From Marsupella aquatica (Eukaryota; Plantae; Marchantiophyta), in contig OZ316895.1 of the NCBI GenBank assembly GCA_973895155.1, positions 6,620,084 through 6,684,083 of the forward strand: DNA of 64,000 bases, given 5' to 3'. Under the pieces are notes generated by a model. It saw nothing but the letters and a program-made list of their open reading frames with translations. It was not told the DNA's origin and made no database searches. Below, in pieces: positions 53,004 to 63,189 of the stretch; position 1 is the first letter of the stretch, and every line of letters starts with the position of its first letter. Both the position numbers and the translations under genes were made by a program.

Positions 53004-56000
53004 AATGGATCCTACCAGAACTTCAAAGCAAAAAAGAGACTCGTCTAAAGCTGCTTCTCGTAAGAAAGCCAAGACAAAAATGACTCCCGCGGAGACATCC
53101 ATACTTGCATATCGAGGAAAGTCAATCAGAGAGAGAACAATGGAGACAAAGAGTATCCATCTCTTTGATTCGACTGAGATATCCGATTTTGGAATAGTCG
53201 TTCGCAATGGGGCTGTCCGTCTTGTGGTGGCAAAAAATGATAAAGCTACAGTTTTGGAGAGATCACAAATTCTTGGGTGTTTCTTTGAGAAGAACATGAA
53301 AGTTAAAGAGTGTACGGAGGGATTGGTTCTGCTAGTCAACGACGACCAGCAGGAGGACAAAATAAGCATTTGTTTGGATCGAACGCAATATGTAACCTTC
53401 AATCAGCCCAGAATCGATGATCTTCTAGGTGCAAGGCACTCCTTGGAAAAGGTTACTAGTGTGGGATATCCTTCCGATCCAAAGGGATCAACGGGCTCAG
53501 ATTTGATTTGTCAATACATTATTGACATACTTGAGTTCCAGAGAGTTCCTTTCAACCAGGGATTTTGCTTGGGAAAGGCCCCCCTAGTGACCAAGGTTGA
53601 AGTATACTCGGCGGAGAATCTTCCAAAAGTAATTACCTCAGCGAATGTCGGGGCTCTATTCGATTCTTTCCTCAAAGAATATAGTGTTGTGAATATATTT
53701 AAAAGCAAGTCATTTTTTGTTGAGACATCACGTTGTCATCTTGCACCGGACCATATCAAGTGCCGAGAGTGGAATCATGATTACACAGATAGGCTAAAGA
53801 ATTCACTCCTCTCTCATTCGGCTATAAAGTTTGAAAAGCGATGCTGCTTTTTAGTCCCTGTGAAGTGGGTTCAGTCGGAGGCCGACAGAGATCCCGACTA
53901 CAATGGGACGCCCTACGATTCGGCGCCAACAGAGGAGGACACTATGACCAGTCATTTTTGGATACTCGGAGGCCAGCACACAATAATGGCGTACAAATTG
54001 CTAAAAAAGGTTGACAAAGTCAGCCAAGTTGTACGAGACGCATGCGGTATTGTAGAAGCTGTAATGTTTTGGGCAACGCTCAACAACGACAATAATGTTC
54101 ATTTGATGGGACTATTGAAGGCTCTGCACCACTGTCATCAAACATCAATGGAAGAAGGACAATTTCTCACCATTGTACGACAGTGTCATAATATCTGGAA
54201 CTCATTTGGGCGGCCTGGATCACATTATCGTCATCCAAATTGGAAGGTATGTAAATAACCCTCTTCGATCACATTATCGTTTAAAATTTTGTCACGCAAA
54301 CTGGCCAGTCAATCTTAGAATTTTTCTCACGCAAACGGTCACGTCAATCTTAGAATTGTCATGTTTCCATTATTGTTCAGGTATTTATGAGAGCTACAAG
54401 TTTTATTTGCCCATGGGCTCAAATGGGGAAGAACGAAATGATGAAATTTGGAGAATTGGCTCCGTTTCTCTTTACAATGGAGGACGAAACATTCAAGAAG
54501 TGGATGGAGGTCTACGAACTATCAAGGACAGGAGAGCTTGTAATTTACAACGGAATTTTACAGATGGACGCCATCAAAATTGTGGATAATCCCTGTGCTT
54601 ATCATCTTATGAAGAAAACATTCCGTTCTTGTCAAGGGTGCTCGGACTCGGTTCTTCGAAAGGCAACGGAATATATGTTGAGCGGAAGACTGTCTATACT
54701 CAAAAACCGAAGCATCAAAGTGAAATCTGGGAAGGCGAGGAAGTCCTCTAAGGCTCCGGTGTTGTCAACGACCAGCATGAGTTTGGAGCAATTTTGTATA
54801 AAGAAGAAGACAAAAGTTGAGTTTGAGATTTTATTATTGAGTAAACTCAACGGGGATACATCCACCCGGACGGAGCTAAAAAGTCTGATAGATTCAGCGC
54901 GGAAATTGCGGGTCAAAGGAATGATTGATCGCTTTAAGCTCGACAAGATGGTGCTGAAGCAGTTGAGAGATGCGCTTAGTGGTTATTTGAAGAAGTGCTT
55001 AAATGTAAATATTAGTAATGATAATTTGTTGAAAGAGATCGACCCAATATTCCACAGGTTGGTGGAAGGAATACAGAAATCAGTTGATAGTCAAGGAAAC
55101 CAACTAGTGCGGCCGGTCGGTGAGAGGCTGAAATTACGATCCCTGCAGGATATACAAAATGTTGGGTTTGCTGACTATACCATACGTGAAGACAAGAACC
55201 TTGCGAGCTTGATTTATTTTGATTCCTCATCAATGGGAGATTTGCGTCCGCCCAATTGCCCATTCTATGAGGGGTTATTTCATGCTATTAGCGAGATAGG
55301 GGCAAAACCACACCATGTGGTTATTATTGTAGCCTCTCCCGTTGAGTCTTATTTAATCAAACGAGTATTAGGGAAGTACACACACTACGTTGCTGTCGAT
55401 AGCCATTATATTCAGAAGCGGCCGAAGGAGAAGAAGCTTATTGTAACCTACGCTTTTCACAGCTTGGCCTTCAGCACAATGGGCGATACACAAGCCCTCG
55501 AGTTCCAATTGGTCTCCAAATATCGGATTGAGAAGATAGCCAATTTTAAAGAGAGCGACGAGTACACAACACCTTCCCCAGAAAAGATACTTCCATTCTT
55601 TGAAAGTATTGTTAGTCAATTCGTCCAATGTGGGGAATGGGCTATATGCTTCGGCGAGGGAACCAACTTGATCCAGTGCTTAATGGTAAGTTTTGAGATT
55701 TATATTTTGGGGTTTCAATTTTAAGATTATTTAGATTTTTATATTCTCAATTAATATTGTGAACTAATTTTGGCTTTTTTTACAGGATGCTGGATCCAAT
55801 GTAAAATATTACTGCCCTGTGGCAATGCATAGGGAGTTGTCTTGTTTCTTGCAACACACCACGGCGACAATTGATACAACGCTGTCATTGATTGACCCAG
55901 TACGGGCTAGTATAGAAAAATGTATAGATAAATTAATGAAGTACCGTCCATCTGTAACTGCTCTCAGGGCTGATGTTTTGGATGTCCTCCACGAACAACA

Positions 56001-56107
56001 TATCCCTGCTAATATTTGTAATCAATTATTGCAAGAGTATGCCCTCTCTGAAGATTCTGATCGATTGTACATTCGGCCAACGGAGTACCCTCGTGGGCCA
56101 ATCCAAG
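53004..56107 (+). CDS. Cargo gene exons encoding a ParB/Srx-like domain followed by a degenerate beta-class amino-methyltransferase-like fold (exons 53004-54246, 54381-55685, 55786-56107)
   Basis: Three open exons joined in frame by canonical GT-AG introns; ParB-like CREWNHDYTDRLKNSL...FWILGGQHTIMAY; MTase-like ASLIYFDSSS (DPPY position), PEKILPFFESIVSQFVQCGEWAICFGEGT (KP..L...G..VLDPFxGxGT position), then CLM|DAGSNV. Confidence 0.6.
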
Positions 56108-56235
56108 GTAGGTTACTTTTGAACCCTCTTACTTTTTCTTGTGTCACGCGAACATGCGCGTGGACATTCTTAACATTTCTTTTCATGCAAATATGTGCGT
56201 AAGTCATTCTTATCTAATGATCTGATTTTATTCAG

Positions 56236-57954
56236 ATCAAGTCGATTGCGGCTTCAATGTTGAGGATGCAAGGAGCAATGGTGATGCGGATGGTGAGGGG
56301 GAATGTGACGCGGATGGGGATGTTAATGACCAAGATCCAAAGTGGATGACCGATACGCAGAACGACGTCGGAGATTTCAACAATAGCAAGGAAGAGAGTG
56401 ACGGAGAAGAGATGAAGGACGCTGAGGACGTTGATGAAGAGGACGAGGACATGGAGGGTTCTGAGGACGCTGAGGACTCTGATGAAGAGGCCACACAGGA
56501 TCCTTGACATGAGGCGGACCGAGAGGAGGAGACCAGAGAGGAGTCGGCCCGGCAGGAGGACGCCCGGCAGGAGGCGGCCCGGCAAGAGGAGCTTCAAAAG
56601 AAGGAGGCAGCCCCGCAGGAGGAGGCCCGACAAGAGGCGGCCCGGCAAGAGGAGCTTCAAAAGAAGGAGGCGACCCAACAGGAGGAGGCCCAACAAGAGG
56701 CGGCCCGGCAAGAGGAGCTTCAAAAGAAGGAGGCAGCCCCGCAGGAGGAGGCCCGACAAGAGGCGGCCCGGCAAGAGGAGCTTCAAAAGAAGGAGGCGAC
56801 CCAGCAGGAGGAGGCCCAACAAGAGGCGGCCCGGCAAGAGGAGCTTCAAAAGAAGGAGGCGACCCGGCAGGAGGAGGCCCGACAAGAGGCGGCCCCGGCA
56901 GGAGGCGGCCTGGCAGGAGGCGGCCCGACAAGAGGCGGCTCGACAAGAGGAGCTTCAAAAGAAGGAGGCTAAGAAGAAAAAGGCGGCAGCTAGAAAAGCA
57001 ACTGCCGCAAAGAAGAAGGAAAAAGCCGACACTGAGAAAGCCCAGGCTGAGAGAGTCCTTTTAGTGACAAAGGCAAATAGGGCCAAGGCGGAGAGCGTGG
57101 CGGCTGAGAGGCTGCTGGCCGAGAGGATGGCGGACAAGATCGAACAAACCGCAAGACCGGAAAGGGTGGAGGCGGAGAAGTTGGAGGCGGAAAAGGTTGA
57201 TTCCGCAAGACTGGAGAGAGAAGAAGCCGCAAGACTGGAGAGGGTGGAGGCGGAGAAGGTGGAGGCAGAGAGGAAGGAGGCCGAGAGGGCCGAGGATCTT
57301 TCGCTTATTCCTGAGGCACAACGTCTATCGAAAATAAAGCTGAAGTTGAAGAAGCCTTCTTCACCCTCAGTTGCAGTTAAGAAGAAAATATTAGACTAAT
57401 TTCTTCGCCCGGAGTTTGAATTTAACGATCCACCCTTAAGTACAGTCTCGTTGGAAGATTGGAATAAATATTCACCGGAGCAGCTTTGAGTCCAGGCTAT
57501 CCTTGCTTTGCAATATTGGAAGGGTCTTTTGATTACCTAGGAGAAAACTGCCACTACATCCAGAATGGAGACAATCATCAATAATGTCCGCTTTTCCGAG
57601 AATCGAGTGCAAGACCTGGGAACATCTTTGGCACCAGACTCGGCTCAAGTCGTTAAGAGACTAACATCTGACTTGATATGAGTGGGTTTGTGGTCTCGAC
57701 CCCGATATACTAGTACAGAGGTCACTCGCACAGAAATTGTGGCACCGGATATTTTGGAATCGAATTCCCAGATTGTGGAATATTTAAATCAAATGCCACA
57801 ACCATTCAAAGGTCTTCCTGCCTCATCACTCCAACCTTCACAAACTGGTCCGGTGGAGTGATCACTGCGGTCTCAAGGAGGGCTGAAGGATGTTGTTGCG
57901 AAGGAGGCACCCAAGAGATCAGCTGCAAAAAGGCCAGATCCACCCAATCCAAAG
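56236..57954 (+). pseudogene. Acidic and coiled-coil exon of the cargo gene, with a frameshift near 56893 and several in-frame stops
   Basis: Phase-1 splice G|AT continues into D/E-rich sequence, then EAARQEELQKKEA repeats; the track's Arg-rich 56431 ORF is the shifted frame until about 56895; stops at 57397, 57487, 57538, 57679, 57859. Confidence 0.65.
56571..56968 (+). repeat. Coding 63-bp (21-aa) minisatellite, 5-6 copies
   Basis: gaggcggcccggcaagaggagcttcaaaagaaggaggc... unit with alternating variants. Confidence 0.9.
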
Positions 57955-58105
57955 GTCATTCGCAAGCTATAAGCTTAAAGTTTCTATTATAGCCGTCATT
58001 ATTTTATTATTGATTTGTTATTGTTTCTGTTTTCTGAGGTAGAACCCTTAGGCTACAACCTCAGTACGTTATTTGAAGGCGTACTGAAATCTCTGTTTTT
58101 TGCAG

Positions 58106-58893
58106 TTTTTTGAAAATTTGGCTAGTCAAATAGATCAATGCCTTGATCCTTCTAAGGATATGGAAGAGCTATTGACCAAGTTCTTACAACACTCAATCAA
58201 GAGAAAACATATGATGTGTCTGAGACCGTGCGAGTTTCTCACCGATGATATAATTAATGTTTATTTGAGTTTTCTCAAACTGATTCTCGATAGAGTTGGA
58301 AAGTCAGACCTTGTCAAATTCTTCCAAACACACCATTTTGAGCTTCTCTCCATGGATCCTACCATTTTCGATGAGGAGAGAGCAGCTTGGACAAAGGAGT
58401 TTCCGCTAAAAATCAGTGAATACGACAAACTGGTCTTTCCAGTACACAATGTTGTGAAAGAATATTGGTCATTGGTAGTTGTGTATCCAAAGGAGAAATG
58501 GCTCGAGTACCTAGATTCTCTAGTTCATAATCGACAAAATCCTGGGGTGCTAGATATTGTTGGGAAGTATTACGCCAACGAAATTGGCTGGAGAACTGGT
58601 GTCAACTTGGATCTCTCAGGTTGGGAACGGATATATCGGAATGATATTCCTCACCAGAGTGACGACCACAGTTGTGGTGTGTTTATCTTGAGATACGCCA
58701 AGTGCTTGTGTCAAGGAAACAAAATTAATTTTGCCACAGATCAAATTGAGAAATTCCGTAGGGAGATAGTCTTGTCGTTATTTGACATGGACTTCCGCAA
58801 GCCGACGTCCGCAATAACCTAGTTATCGGGATCCATGCTGCTATGATTGACATTTCTGGCGGAATTCCAGCACTGAACGACCATCTTGTACAG
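58106..58893 (+). pseudogene. Ulp1/peptidase C48 SUMO-protease exon; catalytic His position reads Tyr
   Basis: LRPCEFLTDDIINVYL, LVFPVHNVVKEYWSLVVV, YLDSL, IPHQSDDHSCGVFILRYA; acceptor TGCAG at 58105, donor CAG|GTAATA at 58894; frameshift near 58810. Confidence 0.88.
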
Positions 58894-58979
58894 GTAATAC
58901 ACTTCATTTCAGTGTCTCTTTTTGTAGTCACGCGACCGTTCGCGTTATAAACTTATTTTCATTTCTTAATGTTTCACAG

Positions 58980-59885
58980 AAGCCAATCCCGAAACCCCCT
59001 GATCGAGTATCGAAGGCACCAGTCCGGAAGTCCGGTGATCGTCCGGAGGCGGGAAAAAAACAGACCGTTCTAGTACGTTCTCCAAACCCTACGGCACAAA
59101 AATCACAGGTACAGATGGCGCCTAATCCATTGGCAAAGAAGTCACCGGTTCAGAAGAGACTTGTAATTTTCGATCTGAATCGGGTACTTATCTGGTCAGA
59201 AAAGATCAGCCCTGGGATGCCCATTCGGTCAAGGGGTGTGAGACAGATGCACAAGGTTATCTATCCAAGGCCTGATTTAATGGAATTTCTTGAGAAGGTG
59301 GCAGATCTATACGACATTGCGATCTGGTCGTGCATGTTCAAACGGAATATTCTATCTTGTGTAAGGCTGATACTTTGACCCGAAGTTTTGAAACGTATTA
59401 AATTTATATGGGGACAAGAATCAACTCGACCTATTGGGAAGAATAATAATGACATCCCCTTATTTTTCAAATGTCTCTCCGACATTGCCGCCGATATTAA
59501 AGATTACAACATCGAGAATGTCATTCTTATCGATGATGCTGCATATAAGACAAGCCTTAATAACTTCTATTCATCGCTGTATCCCGATGCATATTCTGGG
59601 CTCGATGATGACCTATTTTTTAGAAAGAAACTATATCCATATCTATGCGACATGTCAATTGACAAGTTGACATTCCGCGAGCTCCTTAGTGGATATGGGA
59701 TTCCAACGTTCTCTCAAGAAAATCTTGAGAGAGATTATATTGATAAGACGAATCTTTGGAGGAGAAATGTGATCATTCGTAATTAGGGGAATAAAGACCA
59801 TTTAGCAAAGTTTGACGAATATATGAAATACTTATCTGCCGAAAAAGACCGTGCTATAGAAGCCCAGGATAAGTCCGATAAGTAA
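58980..59885 (+). pseudogene. FCP1/NIF-like HAD phosphatase domain 1, with two in-frame stops
   Basis: KRLVIFDLNRVL, IYPRPDLMEFL, YDIAIWS, FIWGQE, PLFFKCL, ENVILIDDAAYK; acceptor CACAG at 58979; stops at 59376 and 59784. Confidence 0.8.
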
Positions 59886-60009
59886 ACGTTTATTATCAAT
59901 TATTATTTATAAATTGATTGAAATTGAACTTTATATTTTGGGAGTGACGCGCCCGGTCGCGTGGTTGTTTGCAATTGCATAATATGAGAATCGAATTGTT
60001 CATTTACAG

Positions 60010-60714
60010 GTGTCTAAGTGGAGCAGGTCGCGTCAACTTCTAGTTTTAGGACTGGAAAACTTCCTGTGCTCTGTTTCAAAATATACTCCTCAGTTCAAGT
60101 TGACACCCGGAATTCGTATCGGATCTCTATGTGTCGTTCCGAGGCCGCATCTTCATGATCTTATAAAATTATGTTATGATCATTTTGATGTGATGGTCTG
60201 GTCTATTCTCGACGATAAATTGGTTTATCAGATACTTTCAGAAGTGTTGTCGAGCGACCTGTCGCAGCTGATATATGTGTTCACGCGGGATTATTGCTGG
60301 AATCTTGGTTATGTGAAGAAAAATTATAAGACTGTTGTCTTCAAATCTATTGAGAGACTACGTGATATGTTTCAAGATTATCGACTAGAGAATATAATCC
60401 AGATTGATGCCTGTCCTTCCCATACATGCCAGACAACTGTATGCGGATTATTGTTCTCTAAGTCATTTCAAGGATCGTTGGATGATGTCGTTTTGAGGGA
60501 TGACCTCATTCCATATTTACGAAAGCTATCAGATTTAGGGCTTTGTCTTGCGTTCGCTAACAAGTTTGATTATCCCATCTGGTCGATTAGAAATCTACAT
60601 CGAGATTGGGATCTGAACGAGGATATATGGGAGCATCTGTACGTGCAGAGACATGCGGATCAAGTTCTTATCAAGCACTTCAATAGACGTCACTTATCAA
60701 TGGCCAGAGTGTAG
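60010..60714 (+). CDS. FCP1/NIF-like domain 2, catalytic DxDxT motif degenerate
   Basis: LLVLGLENFL, PRPHLHDLIKLCYDHFDVMVWS, VVFKSI, ENIIQID; preceded by acceptor TTTACAG at 60009. Confidence 0.75.
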   Translation: MSKWSRSRQLLVLGLENFLCSVSKYTPQFKLTPGIRIGSLCVVPRPHLHDLIKLCYDHFDVMVWSILDDKLVYQILSEVLSSDLSQLIYVFTRDYCWNLGYVKKNYKTVVFKSIERLRDMFQDYRLENIIQIDACPSHTCQTTVCGLLFSKSFQGSLDDVVLRDDLIPYLRKLSDLGLCLAFANKFDYPIWSIRNLHRDWDLNEDIWEHLYVQRHADQVLIKHFNRRHLSMARV

Positions 60715-60800
60715 AGGATGTTGTCTCTATAATATGTGACGCGACCATTCACGTGACTACATCCATACGGGCTCATGCATCTTCTTGTGTTTCTCTACAG

Positions 60801-61472
60801 GAGATTCATTGCAGTAGAGAAAATGGGCTCATAGTTTTAGATGTGGAGCATCTACTCTGTTACACTGCACCGCATTCCCGACTGATGGCGGTCTCAACTG
60901 GAATTCGGATTGGGAATATACATGTTTTTCCAAGGCCTCATCTTCAGAAATTCTTGAGATTCTATTTTGAGAATTTCGATGTAGGGATCTGGTCCTCTCT
61001 TGGGAAGAACCTTTTAGATCAGATTTTAGCATCTATTTTTACTGCAATGGAAATGGCCTCATTTAAGTATATTTGGGATCAGTCTCATTGTTACTTATGC
61101 GATGGGCTGACATCAAATAAGCGGATATTTTTGAAGTGTTTTGAGAAGGCGTATCTGCAGCAAAATATAATGCTTATCAAATCCGATGCATTTCATGCTT
61201 GTTTAGATCCTGTTGTTGGATCATTATTTCCGCCCAAATATTTTGGGTCGGTTGACGACAGTTTCCTGATTAACTTGCTGATTCCGTATCTTAGCAAGCT
61301 AGCAAAATCTTGTGAGCCGCTTGTCATTGCCAATGGAAGAGATTATCCTGATTGGTCAGTTAAATCTATTTTTAGAGAGTATGATTATAATCATACTCTA
61401 TGGGAAGACCCTGTGATTCAGAGGCATGGAGATAGATATCTAGTAGAGCAATTTAACAGACTCCCAATTTAG
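60801..61472 (+). CDS. FCP1/NIF-like domain 3, catalytic motif degenerate
   Basis: LIVLDVEHLL, PRPHLQKFLRFYFENFDVGIWSS, YIWDQSHC; preceded by acceptor CTACAG at 60800; clearly paralogous to domain 2. Confidence 0.75.
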   Translation, partial: EIHCSRENGLIVLDVEHLLCYTAPHSRLMAVSTGIRIGNIHVFPRPHLQKFLRFYFENFDVGIWSSLGKNLLDQILASIFTAMEMASFKYIWDQSHCYLCDGLTSNKRIFLKCFEKAYLQQNIMLIKSDAFHACLDPVVGSLFPPKYFGSVDDSFLINLLIPYLSKLAKSCEPLVIANGRDYPDWSVKSIFREYDYNHTLWEDPVIQRHGDRYLVEQFNRLPI

Positions 61473-62289
61473 GACGCTTCCAAAATAATAGTCGGCATGA
61501 GATCAGATTAATTTGTATTGTCGTTCTAGAAACGATTTGTAAACTCCTTATATACTGGTTATCATATATAAAGGATCTTAGAGATTTATTTCTCTATTGT
61601 TATTATTCGCGTGAGCATGTGTCTTGGTCCCGTCAAGTTGGATTGGTTAAAATGTGATGTTGCAGTCATTTTCAGGGTTTCACGCACAGCCACGCGTCCT
61701 GTCGCCCCCTTTTTATTAAAATAATAATATTTAGTGATTTTCGGAATTTCCAAAGTTCGGTTTTCTTAAATTGGGGTTCTGAGCTTCAGAATATCATAAT
61801 GAAAAATCAAGTGAAGTTTTAAAGGAGTTTAGTTGGCCTTGACATTGATGCTACTGTTGAAGTGGCTCCTGATATTGGTGAACCAGGTGAAGAGCCAGCT
61901 CAACCCTCTTCTCTTGGGGCTGTACAATGTCTTGCAAGGATGAGACACATGGGACAGATTGTAAGAGAGTGAAAAAAATGTTAGTTTGTAGCTTATGTGA
62001 GACAACATCTGCTATTCATAGTTGATTAAAGTGAATCAAAGAGATCTGACTTGTTTGCTCAATGTGTTTCAAGCATACCCCAAACTGCAAATGTGAGGAG
62101 GAGTTATAAATTTCTGAAGTTTGCTCAATATTTGAGTAGTATATGAAAGGAGTTATAAGTTTCTGAAGTTTTCTCAATGCTTGAATGAGTAGTAAGTTTT
62201 GTAAATTGTAATCAAATATTGTGCACATTTTGAACTTTTTTTATAAGCAAATTTTAACTATTGTCCATTCTTTGTTTTTAACTTTAAGT

Positions 62290-62425
62290 ATGTGTGACAC
62301 TATTTGACTTGTGACCACAATTAGTGTCATACTATATTAGTGTCACACACCCTAATTATCGTCACTTACCTCAAATATAACCTCACAGTAATTAGAGTGT
62401 GTGAGACTAAATACTGTAAAGAGTG
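62290..62425 (-). repeat. Right subterminal repeats and right TIR
   Basis: gtgacacta at about 62294, tagtgtca at about 62322 and 62338, then TIR 62400-62425. Confidence 0.85.
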
Positions 62426-63189
62426 TAGCATGTGGGCAGCCCTATGTTTACCAGCCCTCCAACTGACTCACGTCCAAATGTAAGTGAGACAACCATGCCT
62501 CAAAATAAGCCCCTTCCTTGCCATGACGGCAAAAAATTAGGAGTTACAAGGGCAAGGGCCGGAAAAATTCTGGTGCTTGAGATGCCGACCTCAAACTCCA
62601 ACACAAAAAAGGCAAAAGGCAACACATGTCATGAAACTCTGCCATTGCAAGCTTGCTTTGCCATGCCCAAGGCAGCAGATACTCTTGTCAAACTATATAT
62701 CTTTCCCCCCTAATGCTCACGAATGCTGAAGGCCATATTGTTGAGGACCCTTCACATCATACGAGTTGACACTAAACCCCTAACCCTTGGCCCTATCCCC
62801 ACAGGACTCAACATAATTAAAGTCAGTAAAACTCCACCACTATAGTCTGTTGAAGCTAATACAGTCTTTTACACAGTCAGGGCATGCAAACAATCTGCTT
62901 CCCACGAGGGCGGATGCAGAAAGTTTTAGAACATTGGAACACTTTGGAAAAAAACACTTTGACATCAGGAGGAGCATCAGATCAGGATTGGAAGAAGAAT
63001 GTCAAAAGATCTCATTATTGGATGAATGGAGGTCAAACTAAGTTGAATGAACAGATGGGGGAAGCACATACGGAAGGAATGCGACCATCAAGTGAAAGGC
63101 AACCACAATCACTGGTCTGATGGCTTTGACAAATTGCAGCAACTCAGAGTGAGTGGGGCAGAAGCAAGGTGGGTAAAGGCCAGGCAGGC

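Larger units (their letters stand above)
38283..62425. mobile_element. Giant (24,143 bp) TIR DNA transposon with a DUF7869/Sola1-like transposase and a large cargo gene
   Basis: Left end TA|CACTCTTTACAGTATTTAGTGTCACA, right end TGTGAGACTAAATACTGTAAAGAGTG|TA (26 bp, 1 mismatch); TA on both sides; subterminal TAGTGTCAC repeats at both ends; transposase gene inside. Confidence 0.88.

Noticed and set aside
56232-56958. Leu-rich, Pro-rich and Arg-rich ORFs listed in the track
   Set aside because: They are alternative frames of the 63-bp coding minisatellite; splice phase supports the acidic EAARQ frame
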